Below, one piece after another: positions 8,336-17,585 of a stretch of DNA of 64,000 nucleotides. Numbering within the stretch: the first letter of the stretch is position 1; every line of letters starts with the position of its first letter. The notes beneath the pieces are model-generated. The model made no database searches, had not been told where the DNA came from, and saw nothing but the letters and a program-made list of their open reading frames with translations. Source of the DNA: Chitinophagaceae bacterium (GTDB lineage Bacteria > Bacteroidota > Bacteroidia > Chitinophagales > Chitinophagaceae); contig JBGARY010000002.1 in the NCBI GenBank assembly GCA_044229985.1, positions 81,420-145,419 of the forward strand. The letters are read 5' to 3'. The position numbers were made by a program, and so were the translations under genes.

Positions 8336-11300
8336 TTAAAACCCAAGGTTTACACCAAATGTTACAGACTTGATTTGCGGAGCAGCATAGAAATCGCTGC
8401 CCTGGTTGCGGTTGCCGGCACGGTAATCTGTATTTACTTCAGGATCCCAGCCGGTATAATCGGTAAATGTGGCCAGGTTGATACCTGTAACATAAAACCT
8501 TGCAGAGCGGATCTTTAATTTGGTCAGCAATTTGGCTGGTATATTATAAGCCAGTGTTACATTTTTCAGACGAACATAGCCTCCGTCTTCTACGTAACGG
8601 CTTGAAGCGCCGATACCGTTACCATAGCCAAGTCTCAACTGAGGAACATTAGTTACATCACCGGGCTTTTGCCAACGGTTCAATTGGTCACGGGTTTGGT
8701 TATCGAACCAATCAAAACTTGCAGACATAAATCCACCGGCGCCATTTTGTATCTGGTTACCAAATACACCCTGCAACAGCACATTCAATTCAAAACCTTT
8801 GTAGTTGAACGTATTATTCAAACCACCGATCCAATCCGGGTTGGGATCACCTACAACAAAGCTACCGGCTTCGTTATAGTCGTTGGTGGTTGTTTTGCCA
8901 TCTTCTTTATAATAAAGTGCATCACCATTTGCAGGATCAGCACCGGCAAATTTAGGACCGTAGAAAACACCGATAGGCTGGCCTACGATGAGTGAATTCA
9001 GGTAACGTCCATCATTACCAGGAATGGTAGTTTGTTCACCATCGAGTTTTGTGATCCTATTCTTGTTCTTAGATAGGTTAAAGCTGGTATTCCACTTAAA
9101 ATCTCTTCCGTTGAAGTTGGTTGAATTTAGAACAAATTCAACACCCTTATTCTGCATGGAACCAACGTTTACTGTTTGTGTAGCAAAACCAGAAGTACCG
9201 GGAACAGGTACATTGTAAATAAGGTCATTGGTATTTCTTACATAGTAATCTATTTCACCAGTAAGCCTGTTATTAAACAGACCAAAGTCAATACCAATAT
9301 CTACCTGCTCTGATTTTTCCCATTTCAGCTCCGGATTAGCCAACTGCGTTGGGATAAGACCTGAGGCATTGTTATACTTTGCAGCACCATAAAGGCCAAG
9401 CTGAGCAAAGTTTCCGAAACCATCAGCATTACCAGTAAGACCAAAACTACCACGCAGCTTAAGAAAGCTTAACCAGTTTACTGACTTCAGAAATTCTTCT
9501 TCACTCAATATCCATCCCAGTGATGCCGCAGGGAAGAAACCATATTTATTGTCCTTTCCAAACCTGGATGAACCATCGATACGGCCGCTCAGGGTTACCA
9601 GATATTTTTCGTTTAACTTATAGTTGGCCCTTGCAAAATAAGAGAGGAATGATGACTCTGTTAGTGTGGAAGTACCGCCAGTAATGCGGCCGGCACTGGC
9701 CAATGTACGAAGTGCATCTACCGGAAAGTCTTCACCAAAAGCATTGGTAAAATTTGATGAGTATTTCTGGTACGACATTCCCAATGTAGCGTCAATATTA
9801 TGAATACCACCAAAACGTTTTACATAATTGAAATAGTTGTTGGTATTATAGTTGAACGTCCTGAACCAATCAGATTGTGCATAGCCATTGGTTGACTGGC
9901 CAAGAATGGTACGAGAACCATAAAACTGTTCATCATTTTGAGTTTGCAGATCAATGCCAAATTCAGTTCTGAAAGCAAGATCAGTGAATATCTTGTAGTT
10001 CAAAAAAAGACTACCAATATTTCTGTATGTGGTAGAAACATAGCTTGAATTTTCCAATTCGATAAGACCGTTATAGTAGGTTGTAACAGGCCTGTCGTAC
10101 AGGTTACCGTTAAGATCCCTAATCGGTGTAATTGGAGCCAGGGCAACTAATTGCAGCGGTGTGGAAAATTCGTTATCAAGAGACACCCTGTTACCTACAC
10201 TTCTTGAAAGACCAAGGTTGAACCCTAATTTAAGTTTATTACTTGCATCATGCTCCAGGTTGATACGGCCAGAGAAACGTTGAAAATTATTACCAACAAG
10301 GATACCATCCTGGTTTGTATAACCACCGCTTACAAAGAACCTTGTTTTATCATTACCACCAGAGGCATTGATATCAATAATTTTTGTGCGGGATTCATCA
10401 TTGAAAGCCTGCTTTTCCCAGTCAGTATTTGTTTCAAGGTTACGCCAGTTTGAATACCCGGAATAACGGGTGAGACGGTTTTCTGCAAACTGCAACCATG
10501 AGCCAGGATATTGTGCGGGATCCAGTGGATCAACACCTTCCAGGTTATCACTGTTAATAGCAGCTTCTCTTAATAAGTCAACATACTCTTTTGCATTCAG
10601 GAAACCCCTGTAGCCAGTTGGTTTATTAACGCCATACTGTGCATTTACATTCAATGTTGTTTTACCCGCTTTTCCTTTTTTGGTTGTAATCAAAACGACA
10701 CCGTTGGCAGCACGGGAACCGTAGATAGCAGCAGCAGATGCGTCTTTTAATATCTCGAAAGATTCAACTTCGTTAAAGTTAATATCCGCAAGAGAGTTTC
10801 CTGATATACCATCACCATTAAGAGGAACACCATCTACTACATATAAAGGAGAGTTAGATGCACTCAAAGAACCAGCACCCCTGATTCTTACTTTCACTCC
10901 TTCACCCACTTTACCATTATTAGATTCCACAAAAACGCCGGCAGCTCTACCCTGCAGAGCCTGGTTAAAGTTGGGTACCGGTGTATTGGCTATTTCAGAT
11001 CCTTTTACCCGGGCAATATTACCGGTAAGGTCTTTTTTGATCTTTGTACCAAAACCTACTACCACTACTTCATCCAGGCTTTGTGCATCACTGGTTTTCA
11101 GTGAAACCTGAAATGTGGTACCGGAGATAGTCAGTTCCTGTGAGGAGAACCCGATAGCAGAAACAATCAGTGCCTTAGCCTTATCTGAAACAGATAAGCT
11201 GAAGGTACCATCCTGACCAGTAAATGTTCCATTGTTAGTTCCTTTTTCCATCACGGAAGCCCCTGCAAGCGGCGCCCCGTTGTTGTCTGTTACTTTTCCT

Positions 11301-11380
11301 GTCAACGTCTTGGTTTGGGCCAATAGGGATTGGACCGACAACACAAGTACCGTCAACATAAACATCATTGTTTTTCTCAT
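8336..11380 (-). CDS. SusC/RagA-family TonB-dependent outer-membrane transporter
   Basis: 1014-aa ORF. Signal peptide, carboxypeptidase-regulatory-like N-domain (LTGKVTDNNGAPLAGASVMEKGT), plug region (VVVVGFGTKIKKDLTG), large barrel ending in VTFGVNLGF. Confidence 0.92.
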   Translation of the reverse strand: MRKTMMFMLTVLVLSVQSLLAQTKTLTGKVTDNNGAPLAGASVMEKGTNNGTFTGQDGTFSLSVSDKAKALIVSAIGFSSQELTISGTTFQVSLKTSDAQSLDEVVVVGFGTKIKKDLTGNIARVKGSEIANTPVPNFNQALQGRAAGVFVESNNGKVGEGVKVRIRGAGSLSASNSPLYVVDGVPLNGDGISGNSLADINFNEVESFEILKDASAAAIYGSRAANGVVLITTKKGKAGKTTLNVNAQYGVNKPTGYRGFLNAKEYVDLLREAAINSDNLEGVDPLDPAQYPGSWLQFAENRLTRYSGYSNWRNLETNTDWEKQAFNDESRTKIIDINASGGNDKTRFFVSGGYTNQDGILVGNNFQRFSGRINLEHDASNKLKLGFNLGLSRSVGNRVSLDNEFSTPLQLVALAPITPIRDLNGNLYDRPVTTYYNGLIELENSSYVSTTYRNIGSLFLNYKIFTDLAFRTEFGIDLQTQNDEQFYGSRTILGQSTNGYAQSDWFRTFNYNTNNYFNYVKRFGGIHNIDATLGMSYQKYSSNFTNAFGEDFPVDALRTLASAGRITGGTSTLTESSFLSYFARANYKLNEKYLVTLSGRIDGSSRFGKDNKYGFFPAASLGWILSEEEFLKSVNWLSFLKLRGSFGLTGNADGFGNFAQLGLYGAAKYNNASGLIPTQLANPELKWEKSEQVDIGIDFGLFNNRLTGEIDYYVRNTNDLIYNVPVPGTSGFATQTVNVGSMQNKGVEFVLNSTNFNGRDFKWNTSFNLSKNKNRITKLDGEQTTIPGNDGRYLNSLIVGQPIGVFYGPKFAGADPANGDALYYKEDGKTTTNDYNEAGSFVVGDPNPDWIGGLNNTFNYKGFELNVLLQGVFGNQIQNGAGGFMSASFDWFDNQTRDQLNRWQKPGDVTNVPQLRLGYGNGIGASSRYVEDGGYVRLKNVTLAYNIPAKLLTKLKIRSARFYVTGINLATFTDYTGWDPEVNTDYRAGNRNQGSDFYAAPQIKSVTFGVNLGF

Positions 11381-11434
11381 TGGTGTGTGATTTTTTTTAA
11401 TGTCGGCGAAAATATTTAACGATTTGTTAAGGAC

Positions 11435-11464
11435 AAAAAAAACCGTGCAGGTTGCTGCACGGTT
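11435..11464 (-). terminator. intrinsic terminator after the zinc metallopeptidase gene
   Basis: 10-bp stem aaccgtgcag/ctgcacggtt with loop gttg. On the minus strand it is followed by a T8 run. Confidence 0.75.
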
Positions 11465-11494
11465 TTAAATATTGATTTAGGTCAAATAGCCAAG

Positions 11495-12190
11495 TTAACT
11501 TCTGTCCCTGCTTCCCAGGTAGAGCATGATATATTGAATAAGGGTAACTACAGCAGCCAGTGCTGCTACAACATAGGTAGTAGCGGCCCATTTCAGGGCA
11601 TCTTTGGCTTTTGGATACTCCTGAGCGTTAGTAATATTGGTATGGTTCAACCAGGCCAAAGCCCTTTTACTTGCATCAAACTCCACCGGCAGGGTAACCA
11701 GTGTAAACAACACCGTTAAACTCATTACGATTATCCCAATAAGTAATACCGTTGGATTATTGGTAGTAGCCAGGATAATCACACCTGCCATTAATATCCA
11801 ATTGACCAACATAGAGCTTACCTGCACAGCAGGCACCATTTTGCTGCGAAACATAAGAGGGCCATACTGGGTGGCATGTTGTACGGCATGGCCGCACTCA
11901 TGGGCTGCCACAGCCGCTGCTGACACACTGGTGCCGTTGTAAACATCCGGGCTCAGGTTAACCGTCCTTTTCAGGGGGTTGTAGTGGTCGGAAAGAAATC
12001 CCTCCACAGAAATCACTTTCACATCATAAATGCCGTTTTCCCGGAGCATTTTTTCGGCTATTTCACGGCCTGTAAGACCGCTGGAAAGCAGCTCCTTACT
12101 GTACTTTGTGAACTTACTTTTAAGCACTGCAGAAACCAGGAAACTGATGCCCAAAAAGAGCAGGGAAACCAGCATAATTTCGTTTGTCAT
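11495..12190 (-). CDS. membrane zinc metallopeptidase (putative neutral zinc metallopeptidase family)
   Basis: 231-aa ORF. HExxH (AAHECGHAVQH) flanked by TM helices. Confidence 0.85.
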   Translation of the reverse strand: MTNEIMLVSLLFLGISFLVSAVLKSKFTKYSKELLSSGLTGREIAEKMLRENGIYDVKVISVEGFLSDHYNPLKRTVNLSPDVYNGTSVSAAAVAAHECGHAVQHATQYGPLMFRSKMVPAVQVSSMLVNWILMAGVIILATTNNPTVLLIGIIVMSLTVLFTLVTLPVEFDASKRALAWLNHTNITNAQEYPKAKDALKWAATTYVVAALAAVVTLIQYIMLYLGSRDRS

Positions 12191-12509
12191 GTCGTTAAAA
12201 TATTGATTTGTTTGATTCTAATAATAACAAAAATATTACCATTTGGATTAAGTCTTTTTTTTCAGCCGTTTTGTCATCTCAAAGTGATAACAAACAATTA
12301 GTTCCGGGTTTTTTAGAAAAAATTGGGTAACACACATATTTATTTATATGATTGATATTCAATTTTTTATATTCCTTTCGAGACGAGTCCTATTAGAGCA
12401 TTTTATAAAATGACAGGCCTGGGAAGTTATTCACAGCAGCAAAAATTTATTTTGAAATGTGGGGCATAATTGTAACTTAGCAATAGAATTTAATGGGTTA
12501 GTAAGTAAG

Positions 12510-12537
12510 AGGGTCAGTCGCAAGATTGGCCCTTTTT
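12510..12537 (+). terminator. orphan terminator-like hairpin upstream of radA
   Basis: 9-bp stem agggucagu/auuggcccu (3 G-U pairs) closing a cGCAAg loop, followed by tttt. The region is flanked by divergent genes, so no CDS ends here. Confidence 0.4.
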
Positions 12538-12556
12538 ACATTTTAAAAAGCATTGA

Positions 12557-12585
12557 AAAAGTCATCAAAAAAAATGATGACTTTT
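12557..12585. repeat. 11-bp perfect inverted repeat with A7 loop
   Basis: aaaagtcatca-aaaaaaa-tgatgactttt. The A/T flanks allow terminator function in either direction. Confidence 0.5.
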
Positions 12586-12684
12586 CTCGTTAAAGAAAAA
12601 TTGAGTTCGCTATTAATCACTTCACTTCGCCACATCAATGTTTAAACTTTTTAAAGAACCCTTTCCATCAGTTAATTTTATTGC

Positions 12685-14058
12685 ATGAGTAAAGTAAAGA
12701 AAGCTTTTTTCTGTCAGAACTGCGGGTATGAAAGTGTGAAGTGGGTGGGGCAGTGTCCGTCATGCGGTCAGTGGAATACGTTTGTGGAAGAATTAGTACA
12801 AAAAGAAACCGGAAAGAAAGCAGATGACTGGAAAGCATACAACGAAGAAAAAAGAAACAGCAAAACTATATCACTAAATGAGGTCAAAAGCAGTGAAGAA
12901 AAAAGACTGCCTACTGCTGACGCAGAATTGAACCGTGTACTGGGCGGTGGTATTGTACCCGGAAGCCTGGTATTGGTGGCCGGAGAACCGGGTATCGGTA
13001 AATCAACTTTGTTTTTACAAAATGGTTTATGGTTAAAAAATGTAACGGTACTTTATATCAGTGGAGAGGAAAGTGAGCAACAGATCAAGATGAGAGCTGA
13101 CAGAATAGGGTTAAAGAATGACAACTTTTATTTACTGACAGAAACGTCTACGCAAACTATTTTCCAGGAGATAAAGAAATTAAAGCCACAATTGGTTATT
13201 GTGGATTCCATACAAACACTGCAAACTTCATTTATTGATTCATCACCGGGCAGTGTATCGCAGATAAGGGAGTGTGCTGCAGAATTTCAGCGTTTTGCCA
13301 AAGAAACGAATACACCGGTATTCCTGATCGGTCACATTACAAAAGACGGTAGCATTGCCGGTCCGAAAATATTAGAACATATGGTAGACACCGTGCTGCA
13401 GTTTGAAGGTGACCGGCATTATGCTTATCGTATACTACGGACATTAAAGAACCGGTTTGGTAGTACCGCCGAACTGGGCATTTATGAAATGACCGATGAA
13501 GGAATGAGAGGTGTTTTAAACCCGAGTGAGATACTGATCACCCAAAAAGAAGACCAGTTAAGCGGCATTGCCATTGCTGCCACTATTGAGGGAATGCGGC
13601 CATTGCTGATCGAAGTCCAGGCATTGGTAACACAATCGGTGTATGGCACACCACAACGGACCGTAAGTGGCTTTGACCTTCGCCGGTTACAATTATTATT
13701 AGCTGTTCTGGAAAAAAGAGGTGGGTTCCATTTCGGAATGAAAGATGTGTTCTTAAACATTGCCGGAGGCATCAAAGTAGAAGACCCTTCGATAGACCTT
13801 GCCGTACTTTGCTCCCTATTATCTTCTTACGAGGATGTTCCGCTGCCTAATAACATTTGTTTTGCCGGTGAAGTAGGCCTGAGTGGCGAGATTAGAGCCG
13901 TAAACAGGATTGAACAACGGATAGCCGAAGCAGAAAAACTGGGTTTTGAAAAGATCATTGTATCTAAATACAACCAGAAGGGATTAGCTAAACAGAAATT
14001 CGGTATAGAAGTGGTAATGATGGGAAGAGTGGAAGAAGTTTACCGTTATCTTTTTTAA
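12685..14058 (+). CDS. radA: DNA repair protein RadA/Sms
   Basis: 457-aa ORF. Zinc ribbon CQNCGYESVKWVGQCPSCGQW, Walker A GEPGIGKST, KNRFG motif (LKNRFGST), Lon-like C-terminal domain. Confidence 0.95.
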   Translation: MSKVKKAFFCQNCGYESVKWVGQCPSCGQWNTFVEELVQKETGKKADDWKAYNEEKRNSKTISLNEVKSSEEKRLPTADAELNRVLGGGIVPGSLVLVAGEPGIGKSTLFLQNGLWLKNVTVLYISGEESEQQIKMRADRIGLKNDNFYLLTETSTQTIFQEIKKLKPQLVIVDSIQTLQTSFIDSSPGSVSQIRECAAEFQRFAKETNTPVFLIGHITKDGSIAGPKILEHMVDTVLQFEGDRHYAYRILRTLKNRFGSTAELGIYEMTDEGMRGVLNPSEILITQKEDQLSGIAIAATIEGMRPLLIEVQALVTQSVYGTPQRTVSGFDLRRLQLLLAVLEKRGGFHFGMKDVFLNIAGGIKVEDPSIDLAVLCSLLSSYEDVPLPNNICFAGEVGLSGEIRAVNRIEQRIAEAEKLGFEKIIVSKYNQKGLAKQKFGIEVVMMGRVEEVYRYLF

Positions 14059-14757
14059 ATGGCTTTATTAAAAGAAATAAAAGAATCGGTACTGCACCTG
14101 TTTTTTCCGCATGTCTGCACAGGCTGTGGCAGTGATCTGCTGAGCAAGGGCTCTGTTTTATGTATGCATTGTGTGGAAGCCATGCCGGAAACCCAGTTTG
14201 AATGGCATACCAACAACCCGGCTGAGAAAGCCTTTTGGGGACGGCTGCCGGTTACTGCCGCATCAGCACAGTTTTATTTTACTAAAGAGTCGCTGATGCA
14301 GCACCTGATGCACCAGCTAAAATATAAAGGCAATAAAGAACTGGGAATACAATTAGGCCAAATCATGGGTGAGCAGCTAAAAAATTCCGGACGATTTCCC
14401 GTTGATGCGTTGATACCTCTTCCCCTTTTTCCTGCTAAAGAACGAAAGAGAGGCTATAACCAGGCAACTGTATTATGCCAGGGAATGGCTGATACTATGA
14501 AGGTACCTGTACTGAACAATGTGATCACAAGACCACAGCATACCGAAACACAAACCAAAAAGGGCCGGATTGAGCGATGGAAAAATATGGAAGGAAAATT
14601 TGTTTTGACTGACAAGTCTGCTATAGAGAACAAACATATACTGCTTGTAGATGACGTTGTAACCACAGGCGCCACCCTGGAAGCCTGTGGAAATGAATTA
14701 CTACAGGCTGAAAATGTAAAACTAAGTATTGCTACCCTTTGCATTGCCTCCCGTTAG
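14059..14757 (+). CDS. ComF-family protein (phosphoribosyltransferase-like)
   Basis: 232-aa ORF starting on the nucleotide after the radA stop. N-terminal Cys pairs (CTGCGSD...CMHC) and PRTase motif ILLVDDVVTTGATL. Confidence 0.8.
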   Translation: MALLKEIKESVLHLFFPHVCTGCGSDLLSKGSVLCMHCVEAMPETQFEWHTNNPAEKAFWGRLPVTAASAQFYFTKESLMQHLMHQLKYKGNKELGIQLGQIMGEQLKNSGRFPVDALIPLPLFPAKERKRGYNQATVLCQGMADTMKVPVLNNVITRPQHTETQTKKGRIERWKNMEGKFVLTDKSAIENKHILLVDDVVTTGATLEACGNELLQAENVKLSIATLCIASR

Positions 14758-14812
14758 CAATCAGTACAAATCACATTTCCTCCTTTTGCCGCTTAGTTAT
14801 ATTTTTACAGCA

Positions 14813-16198
14813 ATGAAATTTGCCGGGTTATTAACCATATCCTTTGTCATTCTTCTTTTTTCCTGCCGGAAAGATTCATTTATCACATCACCCGATGCCC
14901 GGGTAACGATCAGTGCAGACACATTGAAGTATGATACCGTATTTGCAACAGCAGGATCTACCTACAGAACGTTCAAGATCATTAATGAGAACAATCAGAA
15001 ACTACTTCTTTCTTCTTTGCAATTGATGGGTGGAACGTCTTCAGTATTTAGAATGAATGTTGATGGTATTGCCGGCACCCAGTTTAATAACGTAGAAATA
15101 AATGCTAACGATAGCCTGTATGTATTTGTGCAGGTAAATGTAAATCCAAGTGCCGCCAATTTACCTTTTGTAATACGAGACAGTATACAAATAAGTTATA
15201 ATGGTAAAAACCGGCTGGTGCAATTAGAGACATGGGGACAAAATGCTAACTTTCTTCGGGACAAAGTTGTTTCCACTAATGAGATCTGGAACAACAACCT
15301 TCCTTATGTAATTCTGGGTTCATTAACGATCAATGCCAATCAAACATTGACCATTAACAAAGGTTGTCGCATCTATTTACATGCAGACGCACCGATTGTT
15401 GTTAATGGAACGTTACAGGTAAATGGTCAGAAGGATACAGCGGACAGGGTATATTTCACAGGCGACAGACTGGATGAACCCTATAAAGATTTTCCTGCAA
15501 GCTGGCCGGGTATTTTTTTCCAGGCTGGTTCAAGGGATAATGTGCTGAACTATGCTGTTATCAAAAATGCCTTTCAGGCAATAGGTGTGACGGACCCCTC
15601 TCCCAATGCTAATCCAAAACTTATATTGAATGAATGTGTGATCGACAATAATTATGATGCAGGTATCGTAGCTGTCAACAGCAGTATAAGGGCAAGGAAC
15701 TGCCTGATCAGCAATTGTGGTAAAAATTTATTCCTCGTAAAGGGCGGCGATTACCAGTTCACCCATTGTACCGTGGTGACGATAGCTAACCGCTATGTGG
15801 ATCACAAAGACCCGGTACTAACCTTAACAAATTTTGCCAATAACAGCACCGCTAACTTAGATGCCACATTCCGTAATTGCATCTTCTGGGGACAAAACGG
15901 GCTGGTGGATGATGAAGTACTGGTTCTGAAAAGTGGAAACACGGTGTTCAATGTGAACTTTGATCACAATCTGTGGAAAGTGCAGACTGCACCTGCAGGT
16001 GTAACTGCCAACCAAATAATCAATAACCAAACACCACAGTTTGACAGCATCAATACTTCAAGAAACTACTTTGATTTCCGGCTAAAATCAACCTCTCCTG
16101 CTGTAAACAAAGGAACCAGCACATCCGTAACCACAGACCTTGATGGTAATACCCGGGCTGTAGGTTTACCTGATCTTGGATGTTTCGAAAAGCAATAA
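14813..16198 (+). CDS. hypothetical lipoprotein, probable right-handed beta-helix fold
   Basis: Start moved from 14729 to ATG 14813 (MKFAGLLTISFVILLFSC lipobox). The body is rich in N/G/V/I repeats (NECVIDNNYDAGIVAVNSSIRARNCLISNCGKN). Function unknown. Confidence 0.6.
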   Translation: MKFAGLLTISFVILLFSCRKDSFITSPDARVTISADTLKYDTVFATAGSTYRTFKIINENNQKLLLSSLQLMGGTSSVFRMNVDGIAGTQFNNVEINANDSLYVFVQVNVNPSAANLPFVIRDSIQISYNGKNRLVQLETWGQNANFLRDKVVSTNEIWNNNLPYVILGSLTINANQTLTINKGCRIYLHADAPIVVNGTLQVNGQKDTADRVYFTGDRLDEPYKDFPASWPGIFFQAGSRDNVLNYAVIKNAFQAIGVTDPSPNANPKLILNECVIDNNYDAGIVAVNSSIRARNCLISNCGKNLFLVKGGDYQFTHCTVVTIANRYVDHKDPVLTLTNFANNSTANLDATFRNCIFWGQNGLVDDEVLVLKSGNTVFNVNFDHNLWKVQTAPAGVTANQIINNQTPQFDSINTSRNYFDFRLKSTSPAVNKGTSTSVTTDLDGNTRAVGLPDLGCFEKQ

Positions 16199-16271
16199 AT
16201 CCGGCTATATTAATTTGCCTTATTCTGAACAGAACAAGATTACCTTTGTTATTGTCTTAAACAAAAGAAAA

Positions 16272-16787
16272 ATGAAATCACTTTTATTGACATTGATATT
16301 ATCGGCCACTATGGCCGGAGGCATTTACGATTTTAAGGTGGCAGGACTAGATGGAAAGGAAATCGACTTCTCCAAATTCAAAGGGAAAAAGATAATGATC
16401 GTTAATACTGCTTCTAAATGCGGGTTAACGCCTCAATATGAAGGACTGGAAGAATTGTATGAAAAGTATAAAGACAAACTGGTGATCGTTGGTTTTCCTG
16501 CCAACAATTTTGCCGGCCAGGAACCGCTGGACAATAGTGAGATCAAAGAGTTCTGTAAGAAAAACTATGGTGTAACTTTTCCGATGGCTGAAAAGATATC
16601 AGTTAAAGGTGACGACACCCACGCATTATACACCTGGTTGAAGGCGCAGGCAAAGGAAAAAGGCTTTGCAGATCCAGTTACCTGGAATTTTGGAAAGTTC
16701 CTGGTGAATGAAAAAGGAGAGTTGATTGCCACGTTCAGTCCGAAGACAGTCCCAATGAGTGAAGAGATATTGAAATGGTTGAATTAA
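16272..16787 (+). CDS. glutathione peroxidase (Cys type), secreted or periplasmic form
   Basis: Start moved to ATG 16272 (MKSLLLTLILSATMA). Motifs NTASKCGLTPQY, FPANNFAGQEP, WNFGKFL. Confidence 0.9.
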   Translation: MKSLLLTLILSATMAGGIYDFKVAGLDGKEIDFSKFKGKKIMIVNTASKCGLTPQYEGLEELYEKYKDKLVIVGFPANNFAGQEPLDNSEIKEFCKKNYGVTFPMAEKISVKGDDTHALYTWLKAQAKEKGFADPVTWNFGKFLVNEKGELIATFSPKTVPMSEEILKWLN

Positions 16788-17519
16788 TTAATTTTTCCGT
16801 ATCACCGTTATTTTCTTGCCAATACCTTCAATAACTGGCATATCGGATACTCCAACTTCTGTTTTCCAAAACTGATTGTCTTTAAATACAGCTGCCACAA
16901 GTGGAAAATCTCCATCCTGCGAAACGATAGCTCCTCCGGGCTGCAAAAGCGGATATAAGTTAATTAGGCAAGTTTTGGTGCTGCCTGCAAGATCAACATC
17001 AAGATATATCAGGGCAATCTTTTCTTTGAATAAAGGCATTGTGTCCTCAAACCAACCCTTGTGATAAGTAACAACAGAAGAGTTACCATATTTCTCCAAA
17101 TTACTTTTTACCTCTTCCAACGAACCTGAAAAATTACCCTTTTCAAACCAGTTCCTTATCGAGTGACCTTCTGTGCTTTTGTCATGCTGCTCATCATTTA
17201 AAGGCAATCCCTCAAAAGAATCAAATACATGAAGTTTCCTTTTTTTGTGTGCAGCAAAAAGGCTGATTTTTGCCGTACTGGCACCTTTGAAAGCACCTGC
17301 CTCAACAATACACCCTTCTACTGTATCCGGTATCTCAAGAATTTCAATGAGAAAATGAAGTATATGACTCTGATTATGAGCAGATCTGACATTTTTATCG
17401 ATCAGTTTCAACTTATCAAGCCATTGCTTTTGTTCTGAAAAAGTTGGGAAATGCTTTGCCATTCTGGATTGCAGCCGTGCCAATCTGATATTCTCTTGTA
17501 TTACTCTCAGAAATTGCAT
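16788..17519 (-). CDS. TylF/macrocin-O-methyltransferase-family class I SAM-dependent methyltransferase
   Basis: 243-aa ORF. Motifs VEAGAFKGAS, FDSFEGLP, IYLDVDL...PLLQPGGAIVSQD. Confidence 0.75.
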   Translation of the reverse strand: MQFLRVIQENIRLARLQSRMAKHFPTFSEQKQWLDKLKLIDKNVRSAHNQSHILHFLIEILEIPDTVEGCIVEAGAFKGASTAKISLFAAHKKRKLHVFDSFEGLPLNDEQHDKSTEGHSIRNWFEKGNFSGSLEEVKSNLEKYGNSSVVTYHKGWFEDTMPLFKEKIALIYLDVDLAGSTKTCLINLYPLLQPGGAIVSQDGDFPLVAAVFKDNQFWKTEVGVSDMPVIEGIGKKITVIRKN

Positions 17520-17585
17520 GGCAGCAAAATTACCCTTAAAAGCAAATGATCTGTTGCAATAGGAAAGTATTTACTTTCGCCTTAT

